Source: Oopsacas minuta (lineage: Eukaryota > Animalia > Porifera). Taken from it: a stretch of 28,536 bases of DNA. A program made the translations under genes and the position numbers. Location of the stretch: NCBI GenBank assembly GCA_024704765.1, contig JAKMXF010000089.1:1-28536 (forward strand), written 5' to 3'. The notes under the pieces were generated by a model. That model ran no database searches and was not told the DNA's origin. It was given only the letters and a program-made list of their open reading frames with translations. Positions 9,377 through 19,870 of this stretch are shown in pieces. Every line of letters starts with the position of its first letter. The first letter of the stretch is position 1.

Positions 9377-10597
9377 TTATTTGAACCAAGACGTCTTCTT
9401 CATCTCCCCAATACATTCTCTGAGATCAGTCACTAATATGTCTATCAATCCTTCAGTCACATGGGGACATATGATTATGTGACATATCTTCCCAAGATGA
9501 CCATCATCATAACATGCTAAACAGTACTTTTTGATAATGAGTGTAGGTAGAGTTGGAGTGCATATTGTCAATGAAGCTGGATTGACAAATGTTTCTATGT
9601 CTAATGACTGAAATTGTTTGACAGCATATTTCACAATCTTCTGACAATGATTATATTCTTCTTGCCAATCGAATTGCAAAAAACGAATTATCCAGCTGAT
9701 TGCATTCAATCCATTACGAGTACTTGTAATACCAATATCGTTAATACTGAGGTATTCTCTGAATCCTTGCTCACTGTATGTACAGCTAGTCCGTTGGTAG
9801 ATTGCGAATAGTCCACAAATATCAGCACCATACCATTTCCAACCACTGATAGCAATTGAGTTGAATTCTATGCCAATTTGATATTGTGGATTATGGTTAT
9901 CCAGATGCCAAAATCCTCCATGAAATGCAGCATCTAGATGCACGAATATTTTATCTCGTGTTACTCCCATGCTATAAAGTGAAATTAATATGGAACATAC
10001 GTCATCACAGGCTCCTTTCATTGTTGTGCCCAGGGTAGCTACCACAAGAATAGAAGGGATATCTCCAGCAGCAGAGTCCTGCTGATCTATCACATTACGA
10101 ACATTTGGTTCTATTTGCTTACAGTTTATTTCTCCGTTGCGCAGAGTTGGTATTTGTAGTATCGCAGAGAATTGACCTTTAGTGAGTTCGATTGCTTTTG
10201 AAATAGAAAAGTGTGACTCGTTAGAATAAATTAGAATTGGTTTGTATGGATACAATTCCTTTAGACCGAAATGGACCCCTGCAATGTTACCTTCTGTTCC
10301 ACCTGTTGTAATGTATGCCCATGTGTTCTCTTCCTTACCTCCCCATGGGGCTATCAACCTGAGAATTATGTCACTCTCCACTTCTACACTAGATATCCAT
10401 GGAACTTCTTTGATGTTCAAACTACTTCCTGAATTTGTAATAAATGGTTGAATTTTTGAGATTTCTAGTTTTGCTTCAATGTTGAGTTGTTGATCTTTGA
10501 AGTTGCCTGGATATCCCAATTGATATATTACCGGTGGTAAAGTTTGATACTTTTTCTTTAATTCCGCTACATAATTTTGTGCACGCAATGAATCCAT
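9377..10597 (-). CDS. Group II PLP-dependent amino-acid decarboxylase, bacterial histidine / plant serine decarboxylase type
   Basis: 406-aa uninterrupted ORF. Motifs LGYPGN, WAYITTGGTEGN, SHFSISKA, TLGTTMKGACDD, HLDAA, SIAISGWK (PLP lysine), EYL...TSTRNG, LAC and CHIIICPHVT are colinear with the HdcA/SDC family. Confidence 0.9.
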   Translation of the reverse strand: MDSLRAQNYVAELKKKYQTLPPVIYQLGYPGNFKDQQLNIEAKLEISKIQPFITNSGSSLNIKEVPWISSVEVESDIILRLIAPWGGKEENTWAYITTGGTEGNIAGVHFGLKELYPYKPILIYSNESHFSISKAIELTKGQFSAILQIPTLRNGEINCKQIEPNVRNVIDQQDSAAGDIPSILVVATLGTTMKGACDDVCSILISLYSMGVTRDKIFVHLDAAFHGGFWHLDNHNPQYQIGIEFNSIAISGWKWYGADICGLFAIYQRTSCTYSEQGFREYLSINDIGITSTRNGLNAISWIIRFLQFDWQEEYNHCQKIVKYAVKQFQSLDIETFVNPASLTICTPTLPTLIIKKYCLACYDDGHLGKICHIIICPHVTEGLIDILVTDLRECIGEMKKTSWFK

Positions 10598-11160
10598 TTG
10601 TCTAGGTTGATGGTTGAGGATTAATTATGTTAGTTACATGTGTAGATATAATTGTTACACCCACTTAATACTTAATACGAACACGGTTATGACGTAACTC
10701 CGGTTAAGCAGTACGAATTAGTACACTTTATTAGTCCCCTTTACTGCATTTTCAATATAAATTAGTTGGGATAATACGTAGTCCGGTTAAGGAGCACGAA
10801 TTTTGGCACTCCCCTGGTGTACATATTAACGAGACTCTATTGTATTCTTTAATGATGAAATAATACTTCCTGTGCTTGGAGTCCTTATTACCGATGCAAG
10901 AGTTTCAGTTCCCTTCAGTTATGATACTTTCTTGGTTAGGTATTATCTTTCCTGAAAGGGTATTATGATATTGTTAAATTTATGTTAGAACGTCATGGCT
11001 TTGGAACGAGTCACTGCCTGGTCAGGCTTGGGGTGGAAGGGTCAATCCGGTCACCAAGATTTGATTCGTTTGCTAAATCTTTATCTTTTCTATAGTTGTA
11101 AATACGTAATCTTCTATTATTCACTTTAATAATGAAATTTGTATCAACATGATTCATTAT

Positions 11161-12490
11161 ATGATTAATTACTTTCACACCTTTCTTCAAATATTTCAAA
11201 TGATGCTAGAACATTTTTCAACGGGTAGCTATGGGTAATTGAGTATGGTGATTCCAATTTTTTCAAACCTGTATCTAGGATTCTAGATGGTTATCATCAG
11301 GGACACCGCCATGGGGGGAAAGGGGGACAATGCCCCTGACAAAATCTTGTGCCCCCGGGGCAATAATCAAAAATTCGGGATATAGTTTGTATTGATCTAC
11401 CGACATAAGTAATATTTTCGAGTGTTTTACCCTGAGCAGTATTTACCCAGGCTTTTTTGGCGTATCGGACCGTTATCTTCAGTTTTGAAGGCGTATCGGC
11501 CGTATTATCAAGGATTATCGTACGATTTCCGGTCGATGCCGACATTGATTAAATTTGTTAACTTCTCGTTGTTTGTTTAAAGATTCACTATTTATACCTA
11601 AAATATAGCTATGGCTAGGTGAAAATTCCTCCGAGACACATGACCACATAAACCGATACGCCTTAACATATTCCTGGGGGAGAACCCTGAAATGTATCCA
11701 TCTTATTCATATACCCAAAGCACAAAGCCAATCTGAAAATAATCGAACCAAATGTGTATTACTTCAGAAATAGTTTCAAGATTCAAACCTACGTGGCATT
11801 ACAAAAGGTGATTAATGAGGTAGCAATTATAGCTTATTGTCTAAGGGCTACGCCCTGATACTACTGGAAGACCTACAGTACCCCAGACCCCCAGCTGCAG
11901 TGGCGTCGTGCATATGTGACTGAGGGGCTCCCAAATATTCTCCGAGATCATTACCCCAAGGGACCAGAAACAATAACTATTTGGGGCAATTGCTGCCAAA
12001 CGTTATTTCTTTCAATTGTTGCGCTCCTGGACCTTACTGATAGTTTACAGCGCCCATAGGCTTTGAAATCTGGGGGGGGGGGCACAAATTGAATCTGCTG
12101 GGCAACATCTAGAACTTGTTGAAAACCAGATTGAATTTGTACCCCCTAGATATCAAAGCCACACACCGCTATAGCGCAGTGGATGCTTATACCCTACTAA
12201 AAATTTATAGGTCCGCCACTGGCATGTTCTTGCTAAACCCGTGAAAACACCTTGCCCATCTTCCTGCCCCCTGGTAATTTCTTTGCTCCCTATGTGAAAA
12301 GTACTGGGACGTCCCTGGTTATCATATGATTAATCATATTCTCATATCTTTTTGCATATTCGTATTTCAAATGATGCTAGAGATTGTGTTTCAAATTCTA
12401 GTCAGTGGCAATCGAGTATGTAGATTTCAAATTTGACATTTAAATCTATATTTACAATATATTTCATATGATTCATATTTTCACACCTTT
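11161..12490. repeat. Degenerate ~140-bp tandem repeat (2-3 units) split by a hAT insertion
   Basis: ATGATT(A/C)AT units start at 11161, 12326 and 12468. An exact 19-mer TATTTCAAATGATGCTAGA occurs at 11192 and 12363. Periods are 137 and 142 bp after removing 11298-12325. Confidence 0.6.
11298..12317. mobile_element. Non-autonomous hAT element with internal MITE fragments
   Basis: Ends are CAGGGAC and GTCCCTG. Perfect 8-bp TSD GTTATCAT at 11290-11297 and 12318-12325. Confidence 0.85.
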
Positions 12491-12923
12491 TAGCATAGAA
12501 CTGTTTGTATGCCAGACACACACAAACCATGGAAATATAGTATCTATGCTAGTTTCACATATTACTAAATGTATATAAATTGCTAATTATGTTTGATTTT
12601 CTGGTACTTTGATAGAAAAAATTATATTGTTAACAATATATTGCAGTTGCGGATCCAGGAATTGCTGGTGGGTGGAGAATTATCAAGCTGGGGGTCTGTA
12701 GGGCGCTGTAAAAACCATAGCCTACAAGCCATATTTGCCACAATATTATTTGCCTTTCTACTGTCAGAATCTTGAAATATTTTCTCTTAACTACGAAATA
12801 CTCATATATGTTGTATACATCTGAAAAGTAGTCAGCTGAATATGGTGAAATACCACAAAAATTGCAAAATTGTTTTATTACATTTTTCCGTAGTATCCAA
12901 ACTAGGAAAAAACATACTGAAAG

Positions 12924-13182
12924 CAGGGCTGGGTTGCTTAATCGAATAAAGGGTGTGGTGGAAAACCTTTCCAAAATTACTGGTTGACCGTTTAACCGCT
13001 GCAATTAGCCAATAATACAATCAATGATGTTTATTCGAGTACGGATATTTTCGTATCTGTTAAAATCTTAGGAACGCTAAATAAATTGTCGGAAATGAGA
13101 CTGTCCAGTTAACCGAATGTATTTTATCCTAGCAGTTAACTGAATATAGCAGCGGTTAACCGGCTAACCGAATCCAGCCCTG
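12924..13182. mobile_element. hAT-type MITE with AACCG subterminal repeats
   Basis: TIR CAGGGCTGG/CCAGCCCTG. CTGAAAG lies on both flanks (7 bp matching). TAACCG motifs are clustered inside. Confidence 0.75.
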
Positions 13183-13643
13183 CTGAAAGTTTACCAAAAT
13201 GGAATCACTAGAAGTTCAAAAATTTAGAGTACAAAATCTGTTGTCCAATAGAAATCGCCGGAGGCCAGCGCATTTGATTGCTTTCAGATCAATTCTTCAT
13301 ATTCGTGTCTAGCTTCAAATTTCTAGCAGTTTGGTATATATATTGACAATATTTGGAGGGATTTTTCCCTAGCAACGTAAAATTCCTCAAATTATGTTCG
13401 AACCACATCGAGTAACCCATTGTTTGATGCCGCTTGGCTAGCTGAGTCTATCTAGTTATGCAGATATCGACCCTCTAAATGAATTTCCACGCGATTTACA
13501 AGACCGACCTCCTCGGTCCCTCAGTTTTATTGATATTCTTACACATTTATCCTGAATGCACGATGTTATCATCTGTTATATTAATAAAAAGTAGCTATAA
13601 ATTGATTCACTTACCGTATAGTGTAGATCTTTGTAACTGTTCA

Positions 13644-14241
13644 CAGGCCTACGAGAGGGTGGGGCAGGCGGGCACTGCACCGGGCCATAACCCGAAGGTA
13701 CCTTAAATTAGAGGCTAAAATTTGTCATACAAGTCATTGAATCTAATTGCAAATTTAACTCAAATTGATAGTATCAATACTTTCTTACCACAATATGATA
13801 GAACTATTAGTGTTGAATGTAATTGTAAAGGCCAGAAAGTAAATCCATTATTACTGAAATTGTGTCTCAGAATTTTTCGCTATTCCAACAAGTGTGGCAT
13901 CTGCTGAAAGATCTTTCAGCAAACTCAAGTTAATCAAGAATTACCTGAGGAGTACGATGTCACTAGATCGATTGATTAGTTTGGCTAGAGTGAGTATTGA
14001 TTCTGAACTAGCTAGAGAGATCGATTTTAGTGATGTAATAAAGCCTTTGCTCGTAAGAAAGCAAGAATGGCATTATTATATTAAACGTCTAGTTGGTATT
14101 TGTTATATACTTAATTCAACTCTAATAACCATCACTTTCAATCGTTCCCTTCTATTATTTACCAAAATTTTTATAATTTGTATAGAGGGGGCTCATCGAT
14201 ACGAACTGCCCTCGAAGATTTGGATTCTATCGGCGGGCCTG
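13644..14241 (+). mobile_element. Internally deleted hAT element (ZMYM1-like transposase group)
   Basis: Ends are CAGGCC and GGCCTG. Flanks ACTGTTCA (13636-13643) and ACTGTTTA (14242-14249) form a 7/8 TSD. Contains a transposase remnant. Confidence 0.8.
13850..14070 (+). pseudogene. hAT (ZMYM1-like) transposase C-terminal remnant
   Basis: LLKLCLRIF, then a frameshift into AIPTSVASAERSFSKLKLIKNYLRSTMSLDRLISLARVSIDSELAREIDFSDVI. This is the characteristic C-terminus of this hAT group. Confidence 0.85.
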
Positions 14242-14259
14242 ACTGTTTATATATCAATC

Positions 14260-15026
14260 CAGTATATTGACATGATCTTCCAATTCCACTATGATTCCTT
14301 AACAAATTTGTAATACTTAAGAGTTTTTATGCAATGAAGGGCAACAAGATAATGGAAGATTCCACGATTTTATAGTTGCAATGTCAAATGAATTCAGGAA
14401 AAGGTTCGGGCAGTTTTCTTCTATTGATAAAATACTTGATTTGTTATCAAATCCATTAACTACCGATTTGCAAAGAGAGTGGAGAGACCAATTTTTCTTT
14501 CCAACAGTATATGTTTGTACTATTCAGTTAGAGATGTGTGATCTACAAGCTGAACGACTTGATATTAACGATGTTTTAACGTTCTGGCCAAGATCATGTA
14601 CTTATCAGAAATACCCTGCACTATTCGATTAAGGTATAAGGTTGTTGATAATGTTTGGATCCGCATACATATGTGAATCACTATTTTCAAATCTCAATTA
14701 TATTAAAAATAAGCACTGAAACAGACTCAATCAAGAACATATGGAAACCTTTTGAGGGTGGCTACTACATCAATTCAAGTTGACTTTGATGATATTCTGA
14801 AAGATAAAAAATCTTTCAAACATCACACTGATATATTACATTAGTTATTATTCTAAGTAAGTAGTTATTGACTTTATGTACTTTTTAGCATTGGATTCAT
14901 AGTAGGAAATTGAGTATATTGCAGTTTCATAGAAGTGATTAATTCAGGGAAATTAATATGTTGTGGACCGCTGATCCTTTTAAAACAAATATATGGACCT
15001 TGACTGAAATCCTTTGGGCATCTATG
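14260..15026 (+). mobile_element. 3' part of a Buster/GTF2IRD2-like hAT element with a decayed transposase
   Basis: Translation gives MSNEFRKRFGQF...IQLEMCDLQ...FW...KYPALFD*GIRLLIMFGSAYICESLFSNLNYIKNKH*NRLN... ending QTSH* at 14831. The right end TTTGGGCATCTATG (to 15026) is followed by CCCTAAAT. Left end not found. Confidence 0.8.
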
Positions 15027-15142
15027 CCCTAAATCGTGGGGGATAGTGAAAATGTCGGTAGCACAATGTAAATATCCGCTTGTTTCGCCTGATCATTCAA
15101 TTAAATTGACCGTTTTAATTTCCCCATGCTAATATATATATA

Positions 15143-16056
15143 CAGTCAGGGGACAAAAGTATTCGACCACACAAATATATTGTCATAAATTGTATACTCT
15201 TTCTCGCTCCTATATATTGTGTAGTCTATATTCGTAGCTGCTATCTAGTAATTTCCATAGAATAACGTATGTTTTCCAAGAATTTCAAAAAAATATTTTC
15301 GATTTACACTTTTTGAAGGTGTTAATTATTCATAATTATTAGATAATTATTGATAATCAAAATATGTGGGAAATCAAAGCCTATTAAGAATCTATAATTT
15401 CTGACTTGATATTTGAATTCTACGTAGGCGAGTTACCCCAGATTGAAATTTCCAATCGATTGAACAATTTTTACCAGAGCTATAGATGAATTTCAATTTA
15501 TGTCATTTTTGCCATCTTTTGCCCAAGGTGGCACAAGTGGCCGCTACCAAGAGGTTATTTTGGAATTCAAGGGTTAGCATAGTCATGTCATTCGAAAATA
15601 TTACTATGACTTATTCCTCCTAACCCTAGTTGATTTCCTTGTAGTGGCGCTTTTCCTGCCACCTGTGCTACTTTGTTGAAAAAGTGGCACAGGTGGGACA
15701 AATTGAACGTCTTCTAGAACTTTGGTAAAATTGTTCATTCCGATTGGAAATTTCAATCTGGGGTAACTCGCCTATGTAGAATTCAAATATCAAGTCAGAA
15801 ATTATAGATTCTTAATAGGCTTTGATTTCCCACATATTTTGATTATCAATAATTATCTAATAATTATGAATAATTAACACCTTCAAAAAGTGTAAATCGA
15901 AAATATCTTCTTGAAATTCTTGAAAAACATGTCTTATTCTCTACAAATTACTAGATAGCAGCTACGAATATAGACTACACAATATATTGGAGCGGGAAAG
16001 AGTATACAATATATGACAATATATTTGTGTGGTCGAATACTTTTGTCCCCTGCCTG
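15143..16056. mobile_element. Foldback-type Tc1/mariner non-autonomous element with very long inverted repeats
   Basis: Termini CAGTCAGGGGACAAAAGTATTCGACCACAC / GTGTGGTCGAATACTTTTGTCCCCTGCCTG, with TA on both sides. About 15143-15500 is the reverse complement of about 15700-16056, with long perfect tracts. Confidence 0.92.
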
Positions 16057-16171
16057 TATGATATATATGATATATATGATATATATATATGATATATATG
16101 ATATATATATATATGATATATATGATATATATATATATGATATATATGATATATATATATGATATATATGA
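16057..16171. repeat. Compound (AT)nG microsatellite
   Basis: Units (AT)n-G of lengths 9,9,13,9,15,9,15,9,13,9 lie directly after the foldback element's TA. Confidence 0.95.
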
Positions 16172-18422
16172 TACATATTATTTCTAGTTTGACAAAAACA
16201 AGCTAAATTGTGTTAATATCTCTGGTAACCACCATAATCGTTATAATCCAAACTAATTAATAGAAGGCGAATCGTATCAAACTTTATATATTAATTTAGT
16301 CTAAAATTTGATGACCTCCTCTTTTGATGCATAAAAAAATTGATGAACTACTTGGAGGGAATTACAGCATCTATGGTGTCTACTGCACTTTGATTACTAT
16401 TATCTAAAGTCCGAACTGCCCTCAATTACAATAATGGAATAATTACTGGTTGGGACAGATTAATAATAACAAGCGGGCGCGGGCTACACTTGCTAGGTCG
16501 CTTAACAATGCGAATTCATTACTTAAGTGTATAAACCACTACCTTGGACAATATCAAGTTATATCAAGACTAGAATTAATATCTACGCCAGTGTTTCCCT
16601 GGGGGCGGTCATGCAGCAAGTGGGCGCTGGGGATGGTAGGTTTTAGAAAGCTAAACAAAGATCTAACCTCACGTCATAACAGCAATACCTATTCCTAAAT
16701 AAGAATTAACAGTAGGTAACCATACTTCAAGGATCAAAGCCAATAAATGTGATAACTATACTATTGAATTGGTGATTATTTAGAACAACCTATTCATCGA
16801 GTCGTTCTTCGAGAATATTTGGCCGCAAAACTTCTTAGTCGCCGGCCAGGCAATAACAATGTAATTCAACACTCTTCAATTACAAATACTTTTCAATTAT
16901 TAATTGTAAACAGCTGCGCAATAAAATAATTATACAGACCGATATTCTCGGTAACTTGTGTTTCTATGCATCACTATAAAGCGAAATAGGAGTTACTGTA
17001 CTATGAAAGCATAAATACATTATAGCAACATTACAAGGGGCAATTACAATTCATTTTGAGGTGAACATTGTCGAAATAAGTTGCAATAAAAACAGTTAAA
17101 ATTTCACAATGCATTTTTATCCCTACTTTGCTCTGTGCCAAGTAGAAATTATATTCCAACTCTTTTAACAGAATCTGATCGAAGTAGGAATATTCCCTTT
17201 GTTGCGGAACATAATCAGAATGTTTAAATCCGTAAATATGTTGATGAAAATATATTTTGTTAGGATATTACAAAAATAGGATTCAAATGTTGGAATGTGT
17301 CATACTCCTATTTCTGAAATTACCCTACAATTATCGTCGCTCCAATGTCTTTTAACCAAGGCTGCTAATCCAATCCATCGAGACAATCATTGATTGTCGA
17401 TAGCTACGTTTAGTATCGATTCGATTGTCGCCCAAATTTATCGATACTTTTCATCAATAAATAAGGCCGATTTTCCCTATAAACGGGTCAAGTGCGACTT
17501 TTATTGCTGAATTTAACTGGGCTCATTGCTAAAATGAATTTTCAAAAACTAGGATCCTATCTGGATTTAATTTGAATTTAATTCATCAAATTATGGTACC
17601 ACCCCCATTATTATTCTAACGCCAAAAGTCAAAAATTGCTATGACTTGTAGTTTCAAATTTGTTAATTAGGTAGTGTTTCCACAAAAAGCGAGTCATTAA
17701 ACGCGTTAGAATATCTAGCTGCGATAAAATGAAGGATATATGAAAAGAGTAATACATGCATCTGCGACAGAGTCCCCACTCCATCCCTAAAATGAGCACT
17801 TTAACTCCTACTTATTGCTAATCTATTCGAAAATTCCTGGTTGAATAAAAAATAAAAAACCGTCCATTCAAATTCACCCATTAACAGTGTTTCCATAGGA
17901 TTTTTGTACTACTTGGTTAAATTAGGGAAGTCATTTTCCACAAGAAGTGAGAGCCAAGCTCTCTCACTCTTTGAAAAGAGGCCTGACATGGCCTGAGCCT
18001 ATCTTTCTACTATGGCAACGCAGCAGAATGCGGCCTAAAAAGGCCCAAAATGACTGATTCATGACACGTCAATATTCAAAATTATTCTACTATAACTCCT
18101 AACGAAAAGGAACATGAAAAATTTACCACTTCGTTTTAACCAATTCCTGGAACCAAATCGAGATTTTAGCACCTATTTGACACATTTTCCGGGCAGTATT
18201 CGGTTAATGCTCTACACTGTGAAACAATTAACTTTATCAATTGCAGAGATTGCTCAAATGAGATTGTATAACCAGATTATGTAAAACAACCAGTAATACA
18301 TACATACAATAAGTAATACTAATATCATAATAATAATAATAATAACAATAACAATAGCTATAATGTACAAACTAGAAGGAAATAATCATGTTTAGGAGAG
18401 TAAAATAATTCTCAAGTTATGT

Positions 18423-19502
18423 TTACACAGTTGTATCTTCTGGCACCTTAACCTGACCTCTCAGCTGTGCCTGCAGGAGTTCCATCTGACGCTTCATCTC
18501 TACCAATTCCTGGTCCTTCTGGAGCAACAGCTGATCCTTCGCCTTCTGCACGAGATGAGTGGTGGTAGCTAACTCAGCGAACCCGAAAGAATTTCCAGTA
18601 GATACTTCTGAGCTGGGTCCTGATACTACAGTCTCCTGCAATTTCCGCTTCCGATAATTCTCATAGTGTATCTCCTGTGTCGCATCCTTGAGATCTTGCA
18701 TGTGAGTTCGTATCAGCATATTTCGCAATAACGGAAAGTCTGAGTGGTCTCCATTCTCAACTTCTACAATCCCCCAGGGGTACAGCCTGCCGCGAACCTT
18801 CTTCCCATTTACATCGAAAATAGTCCGCGAGCCAATTATTCCAAGTGGTATTGCAGCACGAACTTTCTGTACTTCATCATTGTCCTCCTCATCTTCTATG
18901 TCTCCGGTGTAGATCTTGATTCCATTCTCTCGAATTTCTCGAAGTACACGAATCTTCTTGGCTCGTAGCTCAGATTCAGTCAAGGTGTCAGCTTTAGCGA
19001 TAACTGGGATAATATTTACAGATTCGTGCAGCTCTCGCATGAATTCAATATCCAGAGGTTTCAGTCCGTGAGCACTGGGGTTCAGGAAATAAAGACACGC
19101 GTGTACACGGTTATCAACAATATTCTTCCTATTCAAGCCAGATTCATCCTCCAGATATTTAGAGTACTTCTCATTGATATATTGAATAATCTGCTCCCAA
19201 CAGTTTCTATTGTCAACAGCATCTCCAAACCCAGGCGTGTCAACGATAGTGAGTCTTAGTTTCACTCCTTTCTCTTCAAACTCAAAAGTGACTTTATTGA
19301 TCTCTACTGTCTGTTTGATGGATTCGAAAGCTGGCTTTGCCCGATCAGGGCGTATTTCATTTAGGAAGAGAGTATGGATTAAAGTGGACTTACCCAGCCC
19401 AGATTCCCCAACCACCATAATAGTAAAATCGAAACCTCGACGAAATTGTTTTTTATGGACAATCAATGGCAGTCCACCGAATCCTATGCCACCTTCAGAC
19501 AT
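18423..19502 (-). CDS. Septin, SEPT2 group (SEPT1/2/4/5-like)
   Basis: Polybasic HKKQFRRGFDF, G1 GESGLGKST, G3 DTPG, G4 AKAD, septin unique element GRLYPWGIVEVEN..H.DF..LR.ML and a C-terminal coiled coil. The start is moved to ATG 19502 (MSEGG) because the listed start at 19532 is a TTG. Confidence 0.95.
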   Translation of the reverse strand: MSEGGIGFGGLPLIVHKKQFRRGFDFTIMVVGESGLGKSTLIHTLFLNEIRPDRAKPAFESIKQTVEINKVTFEFEEKGVKLRLTIVDTPGFGDAVDNRNCWEQIIQYINEKYSKYLEDESGLNRKNIVDNRVHACLYFLNPSAHGLKPLDIEFMRELHESVNIIPVIAKADTLTESELRAKKIRVLREIRENGIKIYTGDIEDEEDNDEVQKVRAAIPLGIIGSRTIFDVNGKKVRGRLYPWGIVEVENGDHSDFPLLRNMLIRTHMQDLKDATQEIHYENYRKRKLQETVVSGPSSEVSTGNSFGFAELATTTHLVQKAKDQLLLQKDQELVEMKRQMELLQAQLRGQVKVPEDTTV

Positions 19503-19760
19503 TGTTAGTACAAGAAAATTAAAAGAGAACAATTAGAAGCTAGAGTTTAGAAAAGAACAGTAGGTATTCATTAACAAGGTTAATATAACATATATAACTG
19601 CATACTCCACAGAACAGTGAATGCAATTGATACCACGCATGGAGAGATTCATTTATTGTAACCATGTGGTATTGCTTGCAATATCAAAAAATATAATCCA
19701 TGAATTATGATACAAACTGTAGTATGTAGCAGAGAGGGTTAGGGGTATTCGTAGACCAGT

Positions 19761-19870
19761 CAACTCGTACCAACTCTACTAATGTTTAAGTCAACTCGTA
19801 CTAATACCAACTCGTACCATTTTCAAGTCAACTCGTACAAGTTTCTAACTTGTATCAACTTATCAACTCC
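19761..19870. repeat. Cluster of CAACTCGTAC motifs, probably the subterminal region of a DNA transposon
   Basis: Perfect copies at 19761, 19792, 19808 and 19829, plus degenerate CAACT copies. No matching opposite end found. Confidence 0.6.

Noticed and set aside
15934-16176. ORF MYHIYHIYISY...
   Set aside because: Translation of the AT microsatellite and the transposon arm.
19503-19532. Septin N-terminal extension MFSFNFLVLT from the ORF track
   Set aside because: It starts at TTG, not a normal eukaryotic start, and lies in a pyrimidine-rich tract; ATG 19502 fits septin alignment.
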